Below, in pieces: positions 9,686 through 19,777 of a stretch of DNA of 64,000 nucleotides (the stretch's first letter is position 1; each line of letters opens with the position of its first letter). The notes below the pieces were generated by a model. The model was not told where the DNA came from. It saw nothing but the letters and a program-made list of their open reading frames with translations, and did not search any database. Source of the stretch: Candidatus Nomurabacteria bacterium (lineage in GTDB: Bacteria > Patescibacteriota > Minisyncoccia > Phycocordibacterales > UBA9973); contig JADLEY010000009.1 of assembly GCA_020845875.1 (NCBI GenBank), forward strand, positions 3,907-67,906, given 5' to 3'. Made by a program: the position numbers and the translations under genes.

Positions 9686-11557
9686 CTAAATAGTGAGAAT
9701 GACAGGAATAACCAGTGGTCGTTTCGCAGTCTTCTGGAGGAGAAACTTCGCCACCGTCTCTGCGAGATCGTTTTTAAGAGCGTCACCATTGAGTGGCTGG
9801 CGCGATGCCGCCTGCTCAATGGTCCGCTTCACAAGGATACGTGTCTGACGCAGAAGTTCCTGATTTTCTTTCAGATAAACGAATCCTCGCGAGATGATAT
9901 CAGGGCTCTTTTTGAGTGAGTTGTTGCGCGTATCGAGGACTGCCATGATGATAAACATGCCATCTTCTGCCAGAAGTTGCCGGTCGCGAAGCACAACGTT
10001 TTGTTCGTCGCCGACCGAAAAGCCGTCTACAATCATCGGACTTGCCGGCGCTTTATCCTTGCGGACAGAGATTTTCTGACCATCAGCGGAGATCTCAATA
10101 ATCGAGCCGTTGTCAGGGACAACGATATGATCTTCTGGCATACCTATTTCCATCGCGAGCTCTTTGTGCAATTCGAGGTGGTAGTGGTGTCCGTGAATCG
10201 GGATAAAGAATTTCTCATTCATTTTGCGGTGGAGCCACTTGATATCCTCTTTGTTGCCGTGACCTGTCGCGTGTACGTACTCTTCTCCAGGAGTACGATA
10301 GGAAATAATCTTCACTCCCTGACGAGAGAGGCCGTCTTTCATGGACTGCACCGCGCGCTCGTTTCCTGGAATGACTGACGCAGAGAGAATGATGCGATCG
10401 CCCTTTTTGAGAGAGAGTTTTTTGTTAGTCTTTTGTGCGAGACGATTGAGACCGCCAAATTCTTCTCCCTGTGCGCCGGTAATAAGGACGAGGATCCGAC
10501 TGGGTGGATAGTTTTCTATTTCATCTACTGAGATAATAGTATCTTTCTTTGGTTTCAGGAGTCCTGCCTGTATCGCGATTTCGACGTTGGTCTTCATACT
10601 GCGTCCTTCGAGCACGATTTTCTTGCCCAGCTCTTCTGCAATCTGTACGACCCGAATGAGGCGAGTGATGTGAGAGGCAAATGCTGCCATAAAGATGCGG
10701 TTATTTTTCTCGCGGCGTAGGATGTTTTCGAGTCCCTGATGCACTTTGACTTCTGGCAATGCAAATCCTTCGTTTTCGATGTTTGTCGAGTCGGTCATCA
10801 GGAGTAGTACGTTTGCATTGTCAAACTGCTTGTACTCTGCTTCTTCGCTCGCTGTCACGATACCGTCGATCTGGTCGAGCTTGTAGTCTCCTGGATTTAC
10901 GATAAGTCCGTGAGGTGTCTCGATAATGACCCCCATGGAGTCAGGGATCGTGTGCGTCACACCCCAGAAGCGCACTTTGATAGCACCGAGTGTTACTACA
11001 TCATCCTTTTCGACGATATTGATATTCATCGCAGGGAGGTGTGGAAACTCGCTCTGCCGCTTCTTCATAAGAAGGACGGTGAGATTGCGCGAATACACTG
11101 GCGGATTGCCGATGCGCGAGAGTACGAGCGGGACGCCGCCGATGTGATCGAGGTGTCCGTGTGTGATGATAAGTGCCCGGATTTTATCTTTGCGCTCTTC
11201 GAGGTAGCGGGTATTGGGGATGACGTAATCGATACCAGGAGTTTCACCGGTGGCGAAGTGCATGCCTGCATCGATAACAATGATATCGTTTCCGATTTCG
11301 ATAGCGGTCATGTTCTTGCCGATTTCTTCGACGCCGCCGAGAGGGATAATCCGTACCACTCCTGCTTCTGGTGCAGGAATGTGCGCTGTCTTGGGGATCA
11401 TAGATTCTGCAGAGGGGGCAAGATCTGTCGGAGGACGAGTGGGACGGCGATTGCGTTCAAAAGGGCGGCGCGCTCCAAAACGCTTCTTAGGAGCGGTACG
11501 AGGTGCATGCATCTGATGCGAAGTGTTCGGTTTGTGTTGGTGGACGGGGGTATTCAT
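9686..11557 (-). CDS. rnj: Ribonuclease J
   Basis: PLGGVEEIGKNM, THGHLDHIG, HATGH motifs. Confidence 0.95.
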   Translation of the reverse strand: MNTPVHQHKPNTSHQMHAPRTAPKKRFGARRPFERNRRPTRPPTDLAPSAESMIPKTAHIPAPEAGVVRIIPLGGVEEIGKNMTAIEIGNDIIVIDAGMHFATGETPGIDYVIPNTRYLEERKDKIRALIITHGHLDHIGGVPLVLSRIGNPPVYSRNLTVLLMKKRQSEFPHLPAMNINIVEKDDVVTLGAIKVRFWGVTHTIPDSMGVIIETPHGLIVNPGDYKLDQIDGIVTASEEAEYKQFDNANVLLLMTDSTNIENEGFALPEVKVHQGLENILRREKNNRIFMAAFASHITRLIRVVQIAEELGKKIVLEGRSMKTNVEIAIQAGLLKPKKDTIISVDEIENYPPSRILVLITGAQGEEFGGLNRLAQKTNKKLSLKKGDRIILSASVIPGNERAVQSMKDGLSRQGVKIISYRTPGEEYVHATGHGNKEDIKWLHRKMNEKFFIPIHGHHYHLELHKELAMEIGMPEDHIVVPDNGSIIEISADGQKISVRKDKAPASPMIVDGFSVGDEQNVVLRDRQLLAEDGMFIIMAVLDTRNNSLKKSPDIISRGFVYLKENQELLRQTRILVKRTIEQAASRQPLNGDALKNDLAETVAKFLLQKTAKRPLVIPVILTI

Positions 11558-11570
11558 GTGAGAAAAGAAA

Positions 11571-13109
11571 TTATTTTTTTATGAACCATTTCCAGATTCG
11601 ATCAGTAGCGACATGCCATGTATCGGCTGATGCAGAAACAAGTCGCACAGAGCGGAGACTGTCAGTAGTGATACCTCCAACAAATGGGCGAGCAACAATA
11701 TTCTGCATTTGCTCGTACACTGCTACAGCTTTGCTATATCCGCTCGGAAGCGACATGCTCTTTTCTGAAACAAGGACGAAGGGGAACGATCGTTCTTCGA
11801 GCTTCTCTTGGAAGGTGCCAAGGTCAAAGACCTGCACTTCACTGACAATACCTATCGTAGCGAGCTCCTGAGAGAGCTGCCGCGCTGCAGCAATAAGCTC
11901 TGGAGTGCTATTCACGGTAGCAATCGCAATCGAAAGCGGGACAGAACCTTTTTTGAGAATACCGTCATCTATCCGGTATCCTTGTCCAGCAAGCGTCTGC
12001 AAGAGTGCCTCGCGCTTTGCCGTCTGCTGTTCATCAACAGTGGCTTGCACGGAAGAAGTGTCGTAACCGTCTTCTATGGTAGCAGGTGAGGATTGTTTGT
12101 CAAACAGATACTGAGTGATGACGGTTGAAAGTCCTGATGAAAAGAGTGGCTCGTTTGAGAGGCGATAGAGTACTACAGCTCTTCCTGTAGGTATTGTGCG
12201 GACCTGAAGTGTTTTAGGTATATCCCAGCGTTCGAAAGTTTCGGCAGAAATATCTGCAGTCATATCGATTGTCTTATTTTCGAGCGCTTCTGTGAGAGCT
12301 GTCTGATTGGCATAAGTGGTAATAACAAGATGAGAAAGAAGAGGTACTTCTCCTCTAGTACGCTTATTTTTGGAAAGTCGTATGATGTTTGGCGAGCCTG
12401 TGGTTTTGTCAAAATGAATTCGAGAGACAATAAATGCTCCTGCGCCAATCGGATGAGCAGTGCGAGCGGTGTCGGTAAATGCTTCATCAGGCACGCTTTC
12501 CCATTGCGCGTGCGGTAGGATGCCAAATGATGCACGAGAGAGAAAAGTACTATCGGGTGCAGGGAGAGTAAAGATAATAGTTTGTTCATCAGGGGATGAT
12601 ACGAGGAGTTGTTGCCAATACGATGCACCAGCAGGGTTGATGGAGGCACTTCGCAGTTTTTCTAAAGTAAAAAGGATGTCGTGAGAGGTAAGAGGAGTGT
12701 GATTCTGAAAGGTGATGTTGTCTTTGAGTATGAAAGTGTAAGTGCGTTCGTCGGCAGATACTTCATAAGATTGTGCGAGGTCGGGAAGGGGGGTTCCGTC
12801 AGGAAGCTCTTTCATAAGTCCGGCAAAAACAAGTGCAGAGATACTCCGTTCGTTGTCAGTTTGGGCGAGTACAGGGTTGATAAAGCGCGGCGCTCCAATG
12901 ATACCCTGTCGGAGAGTCCCTCCACGGAAGGGAACAGTGACAAGTGTCGTTGCATTGAGGGTGATGAGGAGCACGTAGAGTGAGGCGAAGAAGAGTGTAA
13001 TAGATGCGTACAGAAGCGCTTTTGCACGCGTCAACGGACCAGAGAGAAGTGTTGGCCTGGTAGAAGAAAAAGGAGAATGGGTGAAGAAAAAAGAAAAAAA
13101 TGACGACAT
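11571..13109 (-). CDS. Peptide ABC transporter substrate-binding protein (family 5)
   Basis: GIIGAPRFINPVL, PDLAQSYEVS..TYTFILK, PIGAGAF. Confidence 0.8.
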   Translation of the reverse strand: MSSFFSFFFTHSPFSSTRPTLLSGPLTRAKALLYASITLFFASLYVLLITLNATTLVTVPFRGGTLRQGIIGAPRFINPVLAQTDNERSISALVFAGLMKELPDGTPLPDLAQSYEVSADERTYTFILKDNITFQNHTPLTSHDILFTLEKLRSASINPAGASYWQQLLVSSPDEQTIIFTLPAPDSTFLSRASFGILPHAQWESVPDEAFTDTARTAHPIGAGAFIVSRIHFDKTTGSPNIIRLSKNKRTRGEVPLLSHLVITTYANQTALTEALENKTIDMTADISAETFERWDIPKTLQVRTIPTGRAVVLYRLSNEPLFSSGLSTVITQYLFDKQSSPATIEDGYDTSSVQATVDEQQTAKREALLQTLAGQGYRIDDGILKKGSVPLSIAIATVNSTPELIAAARQLSQELATIGIVSEVQVFDLGTFQEKLEERSFPFVLVSEKSMSLPSGYSKAVAVYEQMQNIVARPFVGGITTDSLRSVRLVSASADTWHVATDRIWKWFIKK

Positions 13110-13144
13110 AACACAAAGAGAGTACTATGTTTCTTTCTGTTGCC

Positions 13145-13366
13145 CTATCGTCCAGCAAAGAGAACAGCAAGCGAGGCAAAAGCAAAGATGGCCGCAGCAG
13201 CAATCATGAGCACAAAAAAGAAGCGTTCGCTTCCGCGTCGTGTCTGGAAGAAAGAGGTCTCTCCGAAAGAGCTACCGCCCATGTCTCCTGTACTTCGCTG
13301 AAGGAGAACAAGGGCAATGACGAGAATTGCGGAGATAATCTGGATGCTATGCAGTGCTGCAGTCAT
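13145..13366 (-). CDS. secG: Preprotein translocase subunit SecG
   Basis: LVLLQ..GDMGGSSFG..TRRGSE, two TM helices; next to rnr. Confidence 0.88.
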   Translation of the reverse strand: MTAALHSIQIISAILVIALVLLQRSTGDMGGSSFGETSFFQTRRGSERFFFVLMIAAAAIFAFASLAVLFAGR

Positions 13367-13406
13367 AAATAGGAGAAACGAAGCTAGTATAGCAGTGTAC
13401 GATGCA

Positions 13407-15332
13407 CTACACAAGCACGTAATCAATCAAGCGTTTTGCCATGTCAGTAGCGGTCACTTTGAATGTCACAGGGCTACCAATACGAAACTCTTTGCGCGTG
13501 CGTCGACCTCTGATGGTGAGTGATTTTTCATCATATTCATAGAAATCGTTTCCGATGTCGCGTAGGCGTACCATACCCTCGCAGCGGGATTCTTTTTCTT
13601 CAACAAAAAGTCCATTGGGAGAGATACCACTGACAACACCATCAAATACTTTGCCAACACGATCGCTCATGTATTCTACCTGTTTATACTTGATAGAAGC
13701 ACGCTCGGCATCTGCTGCCTCTTTTTCGCGCTGTGACGAATGGGTAGAGATGTCCTCATAGCGATGCCAGAGTTCTTTGGGGATAATTTGATCATGGAGA
13801 TAAGAGAAGAGGAGACGATGGACGACAAGATCTGGATAACGACGGATCGGTGAGGTGAAATGGGTATAGTAACGGAAAGCAAGTCCGTAGTGGCCGATAT
13901 TTTTTGTTGAATAGATCGCCTTTGCCATCGAACGGATGATGGCCGTTTGCACGGTCTCTCTCTCAGGCTTGCCTTCGAGCGAGAGAACGAGTTCGTTGAG
14001 CTGTTTGGAAGGAATGACACCATTTTCGTCAGTCGTCACCTTGTGGCCAAGCTGACATAGGAAGCGCTGCAAATTTTCTACTCGTTCAGGGTCGGGAGCG
14101 TCGTGGACACGGAAGACAAATATTTCTTCGCCATGAGCATCGTGAGTAGCGATGTATTCTGCGACCTTACGGTTGGCGAGTAGCATTAACTCTTCGATCA
14201 TATGATGAGTCTCGCCGCGTTCCTTTATATACACGCCAGTGGGGTGACCATTTTCATCAAGACGGAATTTCACTTCTTCGGTTTCCATAGAGATAGCACC
14301 TTCTTCAAAACGTTTCTTTTCAAGCGAACGGGAAATGTCGAGTGCATATTGAAGCTCTCGAAGGAAAGGACCATCTTTTGTATCGAGAATCTGTTGCGCA
14401 TTTTCGTACGTGAAGCGCTGGTGGGAGTGAATGACCGTCTTTCCGTACCATTCATCTACAATTTGTTTGTCAGGAGAAAAGGTGAAGACTGCAGAAAAAG
14501 TGAGACGATCAACGTCTGGGTTGAGCGAGCAGAGATCATTGGATAAGACTTCAGGGAGCATAGGGATAGTACGGTCTACGAGGTACACGCTCGTCGCTCG
14601 CCGGTACGCCTCTTTGTCGATGGCACTTCCGGGAGTGACATAATGAGAAACATCCGCAATATGGACACCTATCTCGACTATATTATCTTTGAGGAATTGT
14701 ACCGAAATAGCATCATCAAAATCTTTGGCGTCCTCAGGGTCGATGGTGAAGGTGGCTATCTGTCTGAAATCGCGACGACCAGCCTTTTGTTCCTCTGATA
14801 TACCAGCCGCTTTGATGCGTGCCGCCTCGTCGAGTACTTCAGTAGAGTATTGGTCGTCGAAGCCTTTTTCAAGTGCAAGTGCTACCATTTCTGCATTGTT
14901 TTCAAATGGAGTGCCGAGCACACGTACGACTTCTCCTGTAGGCTCCTTCATTGGGTCTTGCCAGTTGGTAATAGTACAAAAGACTTTATTTCCCACTTTT
15001 GCCCCTGAAAGTTTGCTATCGGGGATAATGATGGATGTGTACATTCTGCCATCGGTTGTAGTGATACAGTGTGCGCCACGCTCAAAGGTAAGCGTCCCGG
15101 CGTAGCCAATTTTTGAACGGCGAGTGATATCAGTGACTTTGCCACGCGGATTTTCTCCAGCAGGAGTACTCGTGATTTCTCCCTTCACTATGTCGTGATG
15201 AAAGGCGCGGTTGAGTGCCTCGCGCGGAACTTCGACGGTGATATCAAAATCACGGAGTTTGATATAGCCGATACCTTTGGGGGAGATACTAATTACTCCT
15301 TCAAACGAAGCGCCGGCAGCAAGCGGTGTCAT
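13407..15332 (-). CDS. rnr: Ribonuclease R
   Basis: TIDPEDAKDFDDA, HIADVS, YTHFTSPIRRYPD, C-terminal S1 domain. Confidence 0.93.
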   Translation of the reverse strand: MTPLAAGASFEGVISISPKGIGYIKLRDFDITVEVPREALNRAFHHDIVKGEITSTPAGENPRGKVTDITRRSKIGYAGTLTFERGAHCITTTDGRMYTSIIIPDSKLSGAKVGNKVFCTITNWQDPMKEPTGEVVRVLGTPFENNAEMVALALEKGFDDQYSTEVLDEAARIKAAGISEEQKAGRRDFRQIATFTIDPEDAKDFDDAISVQFLKDNIVEIGVHIADVSHYVTPGSAIDKEAYRRATSVYLVDRTIPMLPEVLSNDLCSLNPDVDRLTFSAVFTFSPDKQIVDEWYGKTVIHSHQRFTYENAQQILDTKDGPFLRELQYALDISRSLEKKRFEEGAISMETEEVKFRLDENGHPTGVYIKERGETHHMIEELMLLANRKVAEYIATHDAHGEEIFVFRVHDAPDPERVENLQRFLCQLGHKVTTDENGVIPSKQLNELVLSLEGKPERETVQTAIIRSMAKAIYSTKNIGHYGLAFRYYTHFTSPIRRYPDLVVHRLLFSYLHDQIIPKELWHRYEDISTHSSQREKEAADAERASIKYKQVEYMSDRVGKVFDGVVSGISPNGLFVEEKESRCEGMVRLRDIGNDFYEYDEKSLTIRGRRTRKEFRIGSPVTFKVTATDMAKRLIDYVLV

Positions 15333-15409
15333 AATGGCGAATATTATAACACAGATTGACTTATAATAAAAATGCGATATAATAGGATAAACCATAAAAT
15401 CATATATTA

Positions 15410-15595
15410 ATGAACATTCCCTACTGGATTGATTGCTGCTTTGTTTGTAGCCTCACTTTCTTTATTCTTTCAATTATTGCCTTTTTGCAGCCGACCTTCC
15501 CTCACCCGTATGTACTCTTTTGTGTCGCATCGGGACTTCTCCTTGTTGGAGCGCTCCTTGCTCTCAAAGAATCACGAACCCAAAGCGTCCGTTGA
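15410..15595 (+). CDS. Small hypothetical 2-TM membrane protein
   Basis: 61-aa hydrophobic ORF downstream of TTGACT-N16-TATAAT (15356-15383). Confidence 0.5.
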   Translation: MNIPYWIDCCFVCSLTFFILSIIAFLQPTFPHPYVLFCVASGLLLVGALLALKESRTQSVR

Positions 15596-15628
15596 CGCTT
15601 TTTTTATTTCTGCTATTATCTGTTGCAC

Positions 15629-15934
15629 ATGTTGTCTATCAGACTCCAGCGAATAGGACGGAAAAACGAGGTCGCATTTCGCGTCGTCTTGACTGATTCT
15701 AAAAACGCAGCAAAAAGTGGTAAATTCAAGGAAGTACTCGGCTTTTACACTCTCAAGGAAGACAAAATAGAGTTCAAGAAAGAGCGTATCTCGCACTGGC
15801 TCAGCGTCGGAGCACAGCCATCTGATACTGTCTACAATATGCTCGTCTCTGCGGGGATCATCGAAGGAAAGAAGCGCAACGTTCTCTCCAAAAAGTTGCC
15901 GACTGTGAAGCGCAAAGAAATCAAGAAGAAATAA
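15629..15934 (+). CDS. rpsP: 30S ribosomal protein S16
   Basis: MLSIRLQRIGRK..FRVV..WLSVGAQPSDTV. Confidence 0.95.
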   Translation: MLSIRLQRIGRKNEVAFRVVLTDSKNAAKSGKFKEVLGFYTLKEDKIEFKKERISHWLSVGAQPSDTVYNMLVSAGIIEGKKRNVLSKKLPTVKRKEIKKK

Positions 15935-15976
15935 CAAATAGCTCCGCATGGAGCTATTTGTTATACTGTATTCATT

Positions 15977-16282
15977 ATGACAGACAAAGAATTTCTAGAA
16001 ATGCTGATAAAAGCGCTCGTCGACAATCCACAAGATGTAGCAATCGACCGCAAGGTAGATGAGATGGGAGTACTCCTTACACTCTCAGTTGCGCCTTCTG
16101 ATATGGGTAAGATTATCGGACGCTCTGGCAACACTGCCAAGGCCATTCGTACACTCCTTCGTGTGGTAGGGATGAAGCACAACGCCCGCGTCAATCTCAA
16201 AATCAACGAACCCGAAGGCGGTCTCTCCACTATCCACGCTGCTGATCTCGATGATGCAATGGCAGATCTAAAGGGACTCTAA
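15977..16282 (+). CDS. khpA: KH-domain RNA-binding protein (KhpA/YlqC family)
   Basis: LVDNP, DMGKIIGRSGNTAKAIRTLL; lies between rpsP and trmD. Confidence 0.88.
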   Translation: MTDKEFLEMLIKALVDNPQDVAIDRKVDEMGVLLTLSVAPSDMGKIIGRSGNTAKAIRTLLRVVGMKHNARVNLKINEPEGGLSTIHAADLDDAMADLKGL

Positions 16283-16286
16283 CACG

Positions 16287-16970
16287 ATGCGATTTCATTT
16301 TCTCACCATTTTTCCGGAGATCGTCGAGAGCTATCTCTCTGAGGCAATGCTGGCACGAGCCAGTGACAAGAGGCTCGCAAAGTTTGTTGTGCGCAATATT
16401 CGCGACTATACCAAGGACAAACACAAAAAGACCGACGACCGTCCGTATGGTGGTGGTCCAGGGATGGTGATGACGGCGCAACCGATACTTACCGCGTACG
16501 ATTCACTCAAACTCAATTTGCAGAAAAGGAAACGGCAAAAGGTAGTAATGCTCTCGCCAAGCGGTATACTTTTTACCAATGCTCTCGCCAAGCAATTCGC
16601 CAAGAGGTATGATGACGTGGTGTTTATCTGTGGCAGATACGAAGGGGTAGATGACCGCGTACGCAAGATTCTGAAGACATCAGAATACAGCATTGGAAGC
16701 TTCGTTCTCACTGGTGGAGAGTTGCCCGCGCTCGTTATGACCGATGCAATCGTGCGGCAGATTCCAGGAGTACTTGGTAAAAGTGAAAGTCTTGAAGAAA
16801 CGCGCACAGCAAGTCCACATGTCTATACTCGACCAGAAGTACTCGTCTACAAAAAGAAAAAGTACAACGTTCCTGAGATACTCATTGGCGGTAATCACAA
16901 ACAGATAGAGCTTTGGCGCGCTTCGCAACAAAAGAAATCAGAGAAAAAGCCACAATCTGTTGAAAACTAA
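16287..16970 (+). CDS. trmD: tRNA (guanine-N1)-methyltransferase
   Basis: DDRPYGGGPGMV, CGRYEGVD, SIGSFVLTGGELPA. Confidence 0.95.
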   Translation: MRFHFLTIFPEIVESYLSEAMLARASDKRLAKFVVRNIRDYTKDKHKKTDDRPYGGGPGMVMTAQPILTAYDSLKLNLQKRKRQKVVMLSPSGILFTNALAKQFAKRYDDVVFICGRYEGVDDRVRKILKTSEYSIGSFVLTGGELPALVMTDAIVRQIPGVLGKSESLEETRTASPHVYTRPEVLVYKKKKYNVPEILIGGNHKQIELWRASQQKKSEKKPQSVEN

Positions 16971-17006
16971 TTGTATAATTTTTTACTAACCTCTATAATG
17001 TCTGTT

Positions 17007-19577
17007 ATGAGAAGAAAGACTCATTCATTCATATACATTCCTCTTTCGGTAGTTATCGGATTGTTTCTTGCTTATAGCATCTCTGCTTATGCCGACAACC
17101 CACCTTCTCCTTTCACTCCAGCAGACAACATCCAAGACCCCACATGTCTTCCTAGCGATTCCAATTGCTATGTCTATACTCCTAACGCATCATGGGGAAC
17201 ACTCACCGGTACTCTCACTGACCAAACTGATCTTAGTAATCTTTTAGATGACAAACAGGCTGCTCTTGTCTCAGGAACAAATATCAAGACCATCAACGGC
17301 ACATCTCTTCTCGGTAGTGGAGATATTAGTATTGTAAGTTCACCGATTAGTGTAAATGCCTATGGGACATTGTACTCTGAAGCAACTGGTGCAGGTCAAG
17401 GAAGTGAATATTCTAATGCAAATAATGTTATCCTCGGAAAAAATGCTGGTGTTGGAGCAACCTATGCTGAGGGTTCAGTTTTTTTAGGTGAATCTGCAGG
17501 ACAGAATGTTTCTTCTATATCATGGTCTTTACCTTCTGTGATGATTGGTAGATATGCAGGGTCCAATGGAGTATCAACTCCTGGATCAGTCTTTTTAGGA
17601 ACAGAAGCAGGTCAAAGCGCCACAAATGCCGGAAGGGCACAGTTCATTGGAACTTCTGCTGGTGCTGGAGCAACCAATGCTTCAGCCTCCAATTTCTTTG
17701 GTTATTATGCTGGCTTTTTAGCAGTAAATGCTCAATATTCTACTTTTATTGGAAGATACTCTGGCTCTTACGCCAGTAATGCCTCCCAATCTATACTTAT
17801 TGGAGAACGTGTAGGAAACAATGCTGGGAGTTACTTTGATGCTCTCGGCGCTGGTATCGGAAGCAATAATATCATTATTGGTACCAATATTTCACTTCCA
17901 GATAGTACAGCAAACGCAATAAATATTGGCGGCGTTCTTTTCGGTACAGGAACAAATGCTGATGTAGGAACATTTAATCCTTTTACTCCTCCTATTAAAA
18001 CCACAATGAGTGCTGGGAAAATTGGTATCGGTGTCCTTCCTGCATCACTAACCGCTACTCTTAACACCACGGGCACTACTTCACAAGCTCCTTTTCGTAT
18101 TGTTTCTACTACTGCTCCAACCTCACCAAACAACGGTGATTTATGGATAGCTTCAGATCATCTTTATACAAGACTAGGAGGTGTGAGTTATCAATTAGAC
18201 GGTGGAGGAATCTCTTTACAGCACAATTATTCTCCCAATTCAAGTCAGACAGTGCTCAATCTTATCGCAGGAGCAGGTATTACGCTTACTGAGTATGGAT
18301 TTGGTAATTTAGAAATCAGCAATAGTTCTATTGCTGTGAGTTCTACAACTGATGGGTTATATTCTTCTGGAGTAGGGACGATCGATCCAAACACGGCAGG
18401 TGTAATAAGTTTGGGTTTCGCTAGTACGGGTAATTATTCTACCATGGGTCAAAACTCCATTTATATGGGTTATTTCGTTTGGAATGGAGCCGCTTCTTTT
18501 AGCGGTGAATCGGATGTATACATCGGAGAGAGGGCAGGAACTGTTCTAGATGGGGGGATGGTTTTCAGTGGTGGTGGAAACGTTGTCATCGGGAGAAACG
18601 CTGGTTCTGATTCTGATATAAATGCAGGATTACTTGGAGGGCTGAACTACTCTACGGACTCTATATTTATCGGTAACGGCGCAGGATCGTATGCTGGAGG
18701 AACTGCTTCTATTGCTATAGGAAAAGATACGCACAATGATGGTACTACCAACTCCATCGCCCTCGGCCAGGGAGCTACCAACACTGCTTCCAACCAAATG
18801 ATGATCGGCTCTTCCTCATACCCCATCAACGACCTCGTCATCAATGGAAGCGGATTTACCACCTGTACGGTGAACACAGGGACAGGGGCAGGTATCAGCT
18901 GTTCGTCAGATGAACGACTCAAAACAAACATCGAAGACCTCTCTTCAGTATTAGACACTCTCTCTCAGGTACGTACCATCACCTACAATTGGAACATTGC
19001 CCCAGAAGGAACAAAAAACATTGGTTTCCTTGCTCAAGACTTACAACAGCATTTCCCACAGCTTGTCTCCACCGACCACAATGGTTACCTCTCCGTTAAC
19101 TACGCTGGCATGACTCCTATCCTTACAAAGGCAATACAGGAGATAAATCTCAAGGTCGCGCCACTTCCTACATTCGAAGATGCCACTCTTGCTGTTCGTA
19201 TTTCAGATTTCTTGAAGGGTATTGCAGAAGGTATTGCTCGCATTGGCAGAGTAGAGACAGATACTGTGCAGACCGGTACGCTTTGTATCGGTAGTACTTG
19301 TCTTACAGAATCCCAGATCAAGGATATTCTCAATGCAGCAGGAACACAATCAAGTCCTGTTACACCAGAATCAGAGGAAATACCCAGTGATGTAGATGTA
19401 GATGTTGAGACGCCGTCACAACCAGAATCGACATCAGAACCAGAAGAGGTACCCAGTGATGTAGATGTAGATGTTGAGACGCCTTCAGAGGAGTTTGAGG
19501 AGATTGAGCAGGCGCCGTCAGGAAGCACTGACGGCGCAGTCCTGGAGACTACTATTGAGGATCAGCCTCCTGTCTAA
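17007..19577 (+). CDS. Secreted tail-fibre-like/adhesin repeat protein with peptidase S74 domain (start 16998 or 17007)
   Basis: Signal-peptide-like N-terminus (..ISAYA-D), Gly/Asn repeats, SDERLKTNI..IGFLAQD..VNYAGMTPILTKAIQE, acidic tail. Confidence 0.85.
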   Translation: MRRKTHSFIYIPLSVVIGLFLAYSISAYADNPPSPFTPADNIQDPTCLPSDSNCYVYTPNASWGTLTGTLTDQTDLSNLLDDKQAALVSGTNIKTINGTSLLGSGDISIVSSPISVNAYGTLYSEATGAGQGSEYSNANNVILGKNAGVGATYAEGSVFLGESAGQNVSSISWSLPSVMIGRYAGSNGVSTPGSVFLGTEAGQSATNAGRAQFIGTSAGAGATNASASNFFGYYAGFLAVNAQYSTFIGRYSGSYASNASQSILIGERVGNNAGSYFDALGAGIGSNNIIIGTNISLPDSTANAINIGGVLFGTGTNADVGTFNPFTPPIKTTMSAGKIGIGVLPASLTATLNTTGTTSQAPFRIVSTTAPTSPNNGDLWIASDHLYTRLGGVSYQLDGGGISLQHNYSPNSSQTVLNLIAGAGITLTEYGFGNLEISNSSIAVSSTTDGLYSSGVGTIDPNTAGVISLGFASTGNYSTMGQNSIYMGYFVWNGAASFSGESDVYIGERAGTVLDGGMVFSGGGNVVIGRNAGSDSDINAGLLGGLNYSTDSIFIGNGAGSYAGGTASIAIGKDTHNDGTTNSIALGQGATNTASNQMMIGSSSYPINDLVINGSGFTTCTVNTGTGAGISCSSDERLKTNIEDLSSVLDTLSQVRTITYNWNIAPEGTKNIGFLAQDLQQHFPQLVSTDHNGYLSVNYAGMTPILTKAIQEINLKVAPLPTFEDATLAVRISDFLKGIAEGIARIGRVETDTVQTGTLCIGSTCLTESQIKDILNAAGTQSSPVTPESEEIPSDVDVDVETPSQPESTSEPEEVPSDVDVDVETPSEEFEEIEQAPSGSTDGAVLETTIEDQPPV
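19381..19483 (+). repeat. Intragenic direct repeat (34 bp identical, 69-bp period)
   Basis: TACCCAGTGATGTAGATGTAGATGTTGAGACGCC at 19381 and 19450, encoding PSDVDVDVETP twice. Confidence 0.9.
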
Positions 19578-19624
19578 ATTTCCAACAAGAGTCCCAGCTG
19601 ACAACGTCTCAAACGGCGAGCCTG

Positions 19625-19653
19625 TTGACTCTATTTATTAGAGAGGTTATACT
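19625..19653 (+). promoter_or_regulatory. Sigma-70-type promoter for rpoBC
   Basis: TTGACT-N17-TATACT. Confidence 0.7.
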
Positions 19654-19777
19654 GCTAGTCCCTACAGTTCAACGGCAGAGTTGCGGCAAGAGAGACAGCA
19701 AATTGAGGGAGCATTTATAAGTCGAGGCAATTTTGCGCACAGCGAAGTGCCTTTTTTCTGTTTGTATTATCATACCC

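Noticed and set aside
3-19577. Prophage suggested by tail-fibre-like genes
   Set aside because: No capsid, terminase, portal or integrase genes; flanks are housekeeping genes
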